Of a DNA stretch of 64,000 bases, positions 55,962-64,000 are shown piece by piece (the first letter of the stretch is position 1; the number at the start of each line of letters is the position of its first letter). The notes under the pieces were generated by a model, which saw nothing but the letters and a program-made list of their open reading frames with translations, was not told the origin of the DNA and ran no database searches. The position numbers were made by a program, and so were the translations under genes. The DNA comes from Cyanidioschyzon merolae (taxonomy: Eukaryota): NCBI GenBank assembly GCA_000091205.1, contig AP006486.2; one strand, given 5' to 3'.

Positions 55962-57623
55962 ATGAGCGCGCAGCGTGCCAGAGCCGTTTCGAGTCTCTGG
56001 GCGAGCTTGCGGCCACTGGAAGCGTACTTGGCAGCAGGAGAGTATCAGGGTGGGCCTGTGTTTCAGCGAAGACCGGCTTCGACCGGGATCCGCGGTGGTA
56101 CCTCTCACAACGCAGAGCACGCGCTGCCTGGGGGTGGCGTGCGCAGCGCCCTTCAGACGACGCCGCCGGTTGCATCGTACACGCGCTGCTTCGGCAGCTC
56201 TGTGGAGCGTCCAGCAATGCAGGGAGATACCAGAACAGAGCGAGATACATTCGGCCCGATCCTGGTGCCTGCAGATAGGTACTATGGTGCCCAGACAGCG
56301 CGTTCGCTTCGCAACTTTGATATCTGTCGTGACACAGATCGCATGCCACGCCCAATAATCCATGCGTTTGGCGAACTAAAGCGTGCAGCCGCCAAGGCTA
56401 ATATGGCGCTGGGCGTTCTCGATTCGCGGCTGGGAGAGATGATCGTGCGCGCAGCGGAGGAAGTTGCGACTGGCAAGCTCGATGAGCATTTCCCGCTCGT
56501 TGTATGGCAGACAGGCTCGGGTACACAGACCAATATGAACGTGAATGAGGTTATCAGTAATAGAGCAATTGAAATGCTTGGTGGAGAACTTGGATCCAAG
56601 TCCCCGGTGCATCCGAATGATCACGTGAATATGAGCCAGAGCAGTAATGACACGTTTCCGAGTGCTATGCATATCGCTGCTGTACTCGAAATAGAACGCA
56701 AACTGCTTCCAGGCCTGCGCGATCTCCGAAACGCATTGCAGAACAAGTCCACCGCTTTTGAGGACATCATTAAAATCGGCCGAACGCATCTGCAGGACGC
56801 CGTGCCCTTAACGCTGGGCCAAGAGTTCAGTGCCTATGTGCAACAGCTCGAGTTCGGCGAGCAGCGGATGCTGAACGCGCTGGAGCGTCTTCGATATCTG
56901 GCCATCGGCGGAACCGCGGTGGGCACTGGGCTGAACTCACGACGAGGGTTTGATGAGCTCGTCTGCCGGGAGCTAAGCGAGCACACTGGAACCGTCTTCC
57001 GGCCTGCACCCAACAAATTCGAAGCGCTGGCTGCCCATGATGCCATGGTCGAGACCAGCGGCGCGCTGAATACACTGGCGGTGAGCCTCACGAAGATCGC
57101 CAATGACATTCGCTTTCTGGGAAGCGGTCCGCGCTGTGGCCTCGGTGAACTGCAACTCCCCGAAAATGAGCCCGGAAGCAGCATCATGCCGGGGAAGGTC
57201 AACCCAACGCAATGCGAAGCCATGACGATGCTCTGCGCCCAGGTCATGGGCAATCATGTCGCAGTGACGATTGGCGGAAGCAATGGGCATTTTCAGTTGA
57301 ACGTGTACAAGCCGCTCATAGCGTATAACGTGCTCCATTCGACACGCTTGCTCACCGATGGAATGAAATCGTTCGAGTTGCATTGTGTGCATGGCATTGA
57401 GGCGAACCGCGAACGCATTGCCTTCCTTGTGGAGCGCTCGCTGATGCTCGTCACTGCCCTAAATCCAGTGATAGGCTACGACAAGGCAGCAGCGATCGCG
57501 AAGAAAGCTCATCGTGAAAACTTGTCTTTACGGGAAGCGGCTCTCGCTAGTGGCTACATCACCGCGGAAGCGTTCGACCAAGCAGTAGATCCGCGCCGCA
57601 TGCTGGCCCCCGCGGAAACGTAA
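55962..57623 (+). CDS. Fumarate hydratase, class II (fumarase), with a putative mitochondrial presequence; an alternative downstream start at 56217 would give a presequence-less form
   Basis: Near-identity to human FH over long stretches: [86 protein letters not shown] and the signature [65 protein letters not shown]... at 55962 looks like a targeting peptide, and the mature region begins near [14 protein letters not shown] at 56217. The in-frame ORF back to 55305 runs through the tandem repeat and is not called. Confidence 0.93.
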   Translation: MSAQRARAVSSLWASLRPLEAYLAAGEYQGGPVFQRRPASTGIRGGTSHNAEHALPGGGVRSALQTTPPVASYTRCFGSSVERPAMQGDTRTERDTFGPILVPADRYYGAQTARSLRNFDICRDTDRMPRPIIHAFGELKRAAAKANMALGVLDSRLGEMIVRAAEEVATGKLDEHFPLVVWQTGSGTQTNMNVNEVISNRAIEMLGGELGSKSPVHPNDHVNMSQSSNDTFPSAMHIAAVLEIERKLLPGLRDLRNALQNKSTAFEDIIKIGRTHLQDAVPLTLGQEFSAYVQQLEFGEQRMLNALERLRYLAIGGTAVGTGLNSRRGFDELVCRELSEHTGTVFRPAPNKFEALAAHDAMVETSGALNTLAVSLTKIANDIRFLGSGPRCGLGELQLPENEPGSSIMPGKVNPTQCEAMTMLCAQVMGNHVAVTIGGSNGHFQLNVYKPLIAYNVLHSTRLLTDGMKSFELHCVHGIEANRERIAFLVERSLMLVTALNPVIGYDKAAAIAKKAHRENLSLREAALASGYITAEAFDQAVDPRRMLAPAET

Positions 57624-59307
57624 CCGAAGAGCTCCATCCTCGGTATTCGTTAGCTAGCGATCGCGGCAGCAACGGACCATGAGGAGACGGGGGCGCACCT
57701 GCGAAGCACCAGCACAACAGGAACATGGCTTCCAGGGCAGGATTGCGGTTCCTCCCGATGCGTTGCAGTTTCCGGATGTAGTGCGCAAGAGAATGCTCGG
57801 TGTGCGTTACGCTACCTCAACTTGCCTTCCAGCTGGCAACAGCACCGCTGTTTTCGGCCGGTGCAAGGGCGCTACGCCAACAAAAGCATCCTTACCATTG
57901 CTGCTGTCTCCGAATCGCTAGACGCGCACAAAATGTCAACAAAGTGCCACGTTGTGCGCGTTGCCTCCTACAGAGTGCAAATGCAGTTGCGCAGCTTCCG
58001 TGTCGCGCGTGCATACACCCAGTCCAAACCGTGGTACCGCTACCTTGTCTCTCATGTGAAGTGGCGACTCGCGCTGGTGCGTTCCTGGCACACGTAGAAA
58101 CAGGGCGCCGTGGTATTCCTGCGGCGTGCTGACTACCCAGAGCTCTGCGGAGTGCTCGGCGTTCGCTAGTAGCTTTCGTAGCCGTGTCTTCATTGTAGCG
58201 CATTTGGGGCGAGCATCCCCGACGCAGCAGCCTAGGTTCAGTGCGGCGATCCGGGAGCGATTTGCTTCGCTACACAATTCGCTCTTCGCATCGGTTCCAC
58301 CAGTTCACTGGAAACAGAGAGAGATTATGGAAACCTGATCGTTTTTCGGGGCACTGGAGACCTGATCGAATGCATGCTCGTGACCGGACAGAAGCGAGCC
58401 ATTTCAAGTCTTGACCTTGTGTTCGGCTCGCATTCAAGGTGCAGCCTTGGTGATCGCTCCGGCTTGTCGAAGCGGCTATGTGGCGGTCACGCTGGAGACT
58501 GACTTGGTTCAGTCCGTGTTTTTGGATGCAATACAGTCTTCAGGTGGAATTCCTGGTACCAGAACGAGCGCGCCGCCTGCCGACGACCTGAAGACACAAC
58601 GGTAGCGTCGCGTCGTTGAAGGGTCTATGTCAACAAAAGTGCAACAGCTGATGTGGGTTGGCCGGGATTCGTTTGGTGCTTGCGCCAATGCGAACCTCAT
58701 CGGACGCAAACAGATACCGAACCAGAAAGAAAACAACACTAAACGACACATGATCATACCGCAGCGGAAACGTATGCAAAGCACGACCTACGCGTTTGCG
58801 CTAGAGCGGTGGCGGCTGCGGCGGCTGCTTTGAGCAAAACGAACGAGGAAACCGCAAGCCTGACCTTCGCGATCACAACGTAACCAACCGACCCGCATTC
58901 CAGAGTGTCGATAGCACCACTCCTATGCATAAGGCAACTGGCGATGGACCCTGTCCATAGCGCAACACTGGTGGAGCTGGCTCAGCCTGCTGGCCCGAGC
59001 GCGCTCCCCGTAGAGCGAATGCCCCTACCGCTGCCGCTACGACAGTTGCTGCTGTTGCAGCTCGACTTGTTTTCATCCACCCCTCGGTCTCCAAACACGC
59101 TCAAAAACCCATGCTCAGGTGTCGAGGACGGAAACGCTGCAGTGAATACGTTCGATTGCCGCATACCTCGAAGCAGTACGTCGAAAGCTGCCCGCCGGCA
59201 TCGCGCCGCTGGCTCGACGACTGACCAGGAGCAGGGCCTGCTTCGAGCAGCTGAACCGCTGGCGGCTCTTTCCCGCTGCACCAGTCGTATCAACCAGCTC
59301 GAAGGTA

Positions 59308-59976
59308 ATGATAGAGACTCCAACCCATACAACAGAACCGATAGTCACAGGTTCATCTGTTCTTGGAGTCCAGTGCGTGGACGGTGTCGTGCTTGCCTGT
59401 GACACGCTTGCCTCATACGGTTCGCTGGCGCGGTTTCAACGCATCACGAGGCTGCACCAGCCGGCGCCTGGTGTCGTTATCGCTGGTGGCGGAGAGTACT
59501 CTGACCTGCAACAGTTATTTCGGATCACGGACAATATCTTTCGCCAAGAGTTCTGTCAAGAAGACGGCTATGAGCTGTCGCCGCGCGCTCTCCACAGCTA
59601 TCTTGCGCGTGTGTTGTACGGAAGACGCTCGCGAATGGACCCGTTGTATAACAGCCTAGCGGTCGCAGGGAAGGGTCGCTTCCTGGGCTGCATCGATCTC
59701 TACGGCACCGCCTTTGAGTCGGAAGCGGTGGCGACCGGCATAGGTGCGTTGCTAGCCCTGCCTTTGATCCGGAAACAGTGGCACGCAGCGCTCGCTATGG
59801 ATGAGGGCGTGCGTTTACTCGAAGAGTGTCTTCGGGTGCTTTACTATCGTGACTGTCGCGCGCTCCGATCGGTGCAAGTTGCTAAGGTGTCGGATAGTGG
59901 AGAGGTGCTGATTTCCGAGCCATACGAGCTATCGAACCTGCAGTGGAAGGTTGCGCAAGCTGCTGAAGAGGTCTAG
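59308..59976 (+). CDS. Proteasome subunit beta type-4 (beta-7) with a short propeptide
   Basis: [36 protein letters not shown]...[11 protein letters not shown]...[32 protein letters not shown]...[20 protein letters not shown] aligns with human PSMB4 [36 protein letters not shown]...GASGDYADFQYL...[32 protein letters not shown]...[20 protein letters not shown]. Confidence 0.85.
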   Translation: [222 protein letters not shown]

Positions 59977-60388
59977 ATGTTGTTGGATGCGCGTCTGAGG
60001 AACTCGGTTCCGAGCGATGCACCAGGTGCGCAGCGGACGATGCGAGGGAGATGCGAGCCGTCTCGCTGGCTTTAGAGGTCGCAATTTTTAACGAATGTCG
60101 AAGATAGCGTAGAGGCGTGGGGTTTCGTGTACCAGGTTGGCTGCATAGGCACTGTGCGCGAGCTGAGCACCGCGGGAGCGAGCGGCACATTTCCGTGTGC
60201 TGCTACTGCTGGTCAATGCCTGGAAAGAAAAGTATGTGTAGGGAGAAAATGCATCGATGCCGTGGATTAGTTGTACAGCGTCCAGAGCGAAACGAGGTGA
60301 TGGAGGTGCCGGAAGCGGGCACAGAACACCTCCGGCAAAAATGCCGGCAGCGGATCCGGAGTTTTCCGGCAAACATCTCCTCCGATAC

Positions 60389-61510
60389 TCATGGATTCAA
60401 GTCGAAGATGAGCTGCGCATCGCTCCGGTGTTTTCGGAGTATACCGACTGCCCCGGATGCCGCTTCGCATTCGCGCGTTTCTCCCATCGGTGACACTGTC
60501 CCTTCTGCGATTCGTTCATCTTCTGTTGCTGAGTCGCTTTGAATGAACGACTCACCTTCGAGCCATTCAAGCGTGGGTACACGCTCCGGATGAAGCATCT
60601 GTACTGCCGTTGCTTTCATGAACAGAACCCTCCTCAGTGCATGATTGTAGAAAAAGTAATTGAATGACCAGATGATTCCCGGTTCATGAAACGGTCCGTC
60701 AGTATCGTCTGCCTCGACATATGTATATATTTCGCAATTTGGGAAGGCAATGACTTGTTGGACGGTCGTCCAAAGACGTTCTCGAGTCCCAAGCAGCGAC
60801 GTCAGTGACTCACAGGACGATTGTCCGAGCGCGCTCGATGCCAGCGACTTGCCAGCGAGACCCCGCTGCGAGCACGGCGCCGACGCAACAACGCGCTCGT
60901 GGTCAAGCACTCGTTTCCTCCTATACGGAGCGGATGCGATCGCTAGCGTTCGGGCACTGGTTCCAGACTGAATTTGAGGACCACACCTCCCCGAAGCGTG
61001 CTGTCGCCTGCGAGGGATGCGTCCAATGCCAGATGGCCAATGGTCTTTCGCCGACAACGAGGTCGTGTTCCGGGGAAGGCCTCGGCGGAGGCTCTCGTGC
61101 TGCTCATCAATGTATCGGTACGCTTCTTGCAGTGCCAAATCAATGTCGTGTTGTACGGCTGTGGGCGGACATGGCTTGAAGCACTCGAGCGCTCTGGAGG
61201 CAACTCCCGAAAAGTCATATTCCGGAAACGATGTATTCAGCGCGAGAATGAGGTAGATGAGCACCTTGCGTTGATGAGGGTTCGTTCTTTGCGCACGCGC
61301 ACCGACACCCTGAGGCGAGACGCACTCGACTTGAGCTTGTTCGCTCAAACGGTTTTCCAGTGAATGCGCTACTTTCTTATCCGAGTTCGTCGCCTTGCAG
61401 GAGTACGTTTCCAAGACGCACGTGAGGACGGTGTGACCACCCGGGGGCAGCGGCACTTGGTTCAAGTCCGCATTCAGTGCCGAGACACTCGGCAAGTCCA
61501 TAAACTTCAT
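60389..61510 (-). CDS. Maf1, repressor of RNA polymerase III transcription
   Basis: The N-terminus MKFMDL...LNADL, the motif LNTSFPEYDFSGV (Maf1 signature PDYDFS), CEIYTYV, and GIIWSFNYFFYNHALRRVLF (Maf1 box C WSFNYFFYNKKLKR). The variable linker is S/R-rich. Confidence 0.85.
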   Translation of the reverse strand: MKFMDLPSVSALNADLNQVPLPPGGHTVLTCVLETYSCKATNSDKKVAHSLENRLSEQAQVECVSPQGVGARAQRTNPHQRKVLIYLILALNTSFPEYDFSGVASRALECFKPCPPTAVQHDIDLALQEAYRYIDEQHESLRRGLPRNTTSLSAKDHWPSGIGRIPRRRQHASGRCGPQIQSGTSARTLAIASAPYRRKRVLDHERVVASAPCSQRGLAGKSLASSALGQSSCESLTSLLGTRERLWTTVQQVIAFPNCEIYTYVEADDTDGPFHEPGIIWSFNYFFYNHALRRVLFMKATAVQMLHPERVPTLEWLEGESFIQSDSATEDERIAEGTVSPMGETRECEAASGAVGILRKHRSDAQLIFDLNP

Positions 61511-61845
61511 GCCCGCACGCTTGGTTTTCTTGACTCGTGCTACCGGAGTCTGTGGGCTTTGTTTTCGACACCAGCGCGCGTCCTAGTCGCACCTCGAGCC
61601 GTGCGCTCGCTCACTCAACGTTGATTGGGCGCTTGAAGCTACGAGCAGTGCGCTCAACGGAAAAGCGTCGCGTAACCACGAAACCCGCTGGGCGCTCCCT
61701 CTTCCATAGCTCTTTCGAGCGCTTCTGCTACGGTCTTCAACTAGCACAACACGAACCAGGGTTGTCGTGCGCGACACAACCGCAGCAGCAAACGGTTTGA
61801 AGCACCTCTGCCGAATAGCGTATGGCGCCACCTGGTGCGGGTAAA

Positions 61846-62494
61846 CCTCGAATCGCTCGTCGCCTGATGCGAGATGCTGCATTTGGGGCGCTGCTGTGAT
61901 CGTGCATCCTGCAGTGCACCTATAGCGGATATGGTACAGTGCACGATGGTGTATCCGTATTGGAGGATTCGAATTGCTCGTCGCCTGATGCGAGATGCTG
62001 CATTTAGGGCGCTGCTGTGATCGTGCATCCTGCAGTGCACCTATAACGGATATGGTGCAGTGCACGATGGTGTATCCGTATTGGAGGATTCGAATTGCTC
62101 GTCGCCTGATGCGAGATGCTGCATTTAGGGCGCTGCTGTGATCGTGCATCCTGCAGTGCACCTATAACGGATATGGTGCAGTGCACGATGGTGTATCCGT
62201 ATTGGAGGATTCGAATCGCTCGTCGCCTGATGCGAGATGCTGCATTTAGGGCGCTGCTGTGATCGTGCATCCTGCAGTGCACCTATAACGGATATGGTGC
62301 AGTGCACGATGGTGTATCCGTATTGGAGGATTCGAATTGCTCGTCGCCTGATGCGAGATGCTGCATTTGGGGCGCTGCTGTGATCGTGCATCCTGCAGTG
62401 CATCTATAGCGGATATGGTGCAGTGCACGATGGTGTATCCGTATTGGAGGATTCGAATCGTTCGTCGCCTGATGCGAGATGCTGCATTTAGGAC
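61846..62494. repeat. Tandem satellite-like array, 121-bp unit x ~5.3 copies
   Basis: The motif ctcgtcgcctgatgcgagatgctgcattt... recurs at 61856, 61977, 62098, 62219, 62340 and partially at 62461. Copies differ by a few substitutions. It generates a ladder of overlapping spurious minus-strand ORFs (MHCRMHDHSSA...). Confidence 0.9.
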
Positions 62495-63440
62495 ACAGGG
62501 AAACCTGGAGAGAGCGCCCGATGATCGCTTGCCTGGATGACGATAACAGGCATCAGAGCGTACTCGTGTTCAGGCCCTGGGATGCTGAAGGCGCCTCGGT
62601 GCAGTTGACGAGGCCGCCAACTCGCTCAAGACTAATGATTATTGCTGAAGCAGTATGCGACCTGCGGGCTCAAATCATTCACAAGGTCAACTGCATACTA
62701 CTCACGGATAGCAGCACACAACACCACAGTGTTTGACGAGCACGCCAGGCAATGCTCCACAGAAGCGCTCGAGAACGCATGATCTGCAGCGAACAGATCC
62801 TTCGAGTTGACATCGAGGACATGAAACACGAAGTTCTGCGCGCCTCAATGAAAAGCAAGCTTGTCGCCCGAGCGAAAACCTCTGGACGCGTGTCATCGAT
62901 TCCACCGGTGCACTGTATCGCACACACGGCCACGAGTCGCGCGCTGCCTGGCGTACATACAGGCAGCGTAATGACCGGTGATCGCAGAGCTCCTTGCGGG
63001 CAACGCGGCTAACCTCCGCATCATCTAGCGTCGCCGCGCGTATCACCACGGGCACCCGGGATCGTCGCGTAGAGCGCTACTGGAGCACCTGCTCATGCTA
63101 AAGCCGGGTGCGTTCTCGAGCGCAATCCAAGCTACAGAGCCGCATCTGCGCGTTTGTCCTGCATATGCGACAACTGGCACCGCACGCCTCGGGTACAGCG
63201 TCGTCCAAAATGCTTCTGCCCACGCCACCAATCCCGTGGTGCGTGCTGTAAACTACAAGTGAGGCCTAGTGCAGGCAGCGCGCCATGTACAGCTCTGCGT
63301 TTCTTGTTGATCGCGGAAACGTTGATTTCGACCAGAGATCCTCAAGTGGGCCATGAATACCTGCATCACAGAGATTGACTATCGGTATACGATTTGCCTC
63401 CGTGTTTCGAGAGCAACGGTAACTTCTTACCTTACAGGGT

Positions 63441-63978
63441 GTTCTAGATATCCGATCCAGGATCACCATCAACACGTCCACTGAAGGGATCGTCATTCAT
63501 CTCACAGCATACTCTAGATACCGTACGCAGGATCACCATCAACACGTCCACTGATGGGATCGTCATTCATCTCACAGCATACTCTAGATATCCGATCCAG
63601 GATCACCATCAACACGTCCACTGTAGGGATTGTCATTCATCTCACAGCATACTCTAGATACCGTACGCAGGATCACCATCAACACGTCCACTGTAGGGAT
63701 TGTCATTCATCTCACAGCATACTCTAGATACCGTACGCAGGATCACCATCAACACGTCCACTGATGGGATCGTCATTCATCTCACAGCATACTCTAGATA
63801 TCCGATCCAGGATCACCATCAACACGTCCACTGTAGGGATTGTCATTCATCTCACAGCATGCTCTAGATACCGTACGCAGGATCACCATCAACACGTCCA
63901 CTGTAGGGATCGTCATTCATCTCACAGCATGCTCTAGATATCGTACGCAGAATCACCATCAACACGTCCACTGATGGG
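63441..63978. repeat. Tandem satellite-like array, 70-bp unit x ~7.7 copies, with two alternating unit variants
   Basis: gatcaccatcaacacgtccactg...gggat.gtcattcatctcacagcat.ctctagata... recurs every 70 bp from 63443. The variant tccgatccag and the variant ccgtacgcag alternate irregularly. The array ends ~20 bp before the window end. Confidence 0.9.
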
Positions 63979-64000
63979 ATCGTATCGAGCCAGCACGCGA

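Noticed and set aside
61583-62428. Ladder of overlapping minus-strand ORFs (MHCRMHDHSSALNAASRIRRRAIRILQYGYTIVHCTIS...)
   Set aside because: The ORFs recur at exactly 121-bp spacing, so they are translations of the tandem array and not paralogous genes.
61846-63978. Possible CRISPR arrays
   Set aside because: Whole units are repeated head-to-tail with no unique spacers (121 bp and 70 bp). There are no cas genes, and the context is eukaryotic. These are satellites.
1-64000. Trypanosomatid-style polycistronic gene cluster (suggested by high GC, intronless genes and CA repeats)
   Set aside because: Gene orientation switches at almost every gene and divergent promoters are present, which is not a directional gene cluster.

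Overview
This window appears to be a GC-rich (~57-58%) piece of a eukaryotic nuclear chromosome, not a prokaryotic locus. Coding density is low: about 21 long, mostly single-exon ORFs on alternating strands. Intergenic DNA is large and full of GC-rich microsatellites ((CA)n, (CACG)n, (CAG)n, (CGG)n, (CAGA)n) and several tandem minisatellite arrays with periods of 48, ~109, 121 and 70 bp.

The recognisable genes are ordinary eukaryotic housekeeping or organelle genes:
- Metabolic enzymes: class II fumarate hydratase, fructose-1,6-bisphosphatase, glucose-6-phosphate 1-epimerase, and a GH13 alpha-amylase-family enzyme (partial at the 5' edge).
- Nuclear and cytosolic housekeeping: a SAMHD1-like HD-domain dNTPase, the PP2A scaffold subunit A (PR65), proteasome beta-7, Maf1, prefoldin subunit 2, a TBC-domain Rab-GAP, a TVP38/DedA membrane protein, and a large FHA + triple SANT/Myb protein.
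- Mitochondrial: cytochrome b-c1 subunit 9.
- Plastid markers: a PsbQ-like extrinsic photosystem II protein with a bipartite transit peptide, and a DnaJ-type CxxCxGxG zinc-finger protein. These point to a plastid-bearing, intron-poor lineage (red-alga-like or another alga); I cannot name a species.

I find no CRISPR array, no restriction-modification or toxin-antitoxin locus, no mobile element, and no rRNA gene; I could not rule out tRNA genes by eye. None of the tandem arrays has the structure of a CRISPR array.

The points most worth a second look are:
- An EmrE/SMR-family transporter ORF in a eukaryotic context, which may be horizontal transfer or contamination.
- A protein with a UBZ-like zinc finger and an MgsA_C-like helical domain but no AAA+ ATPase module.
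- The fumarase gene, whose in-frame upstream extension runs through a ~109-bp tandem repeat that lies in a divergent promoter region.
- A cluster of satellite-like arrays at 61.8-64 kb.
- Long low-complexity inserts inside otherwise conserved enzymes.

All functional calls rest on motif-level recognition from memory, not on database searches.
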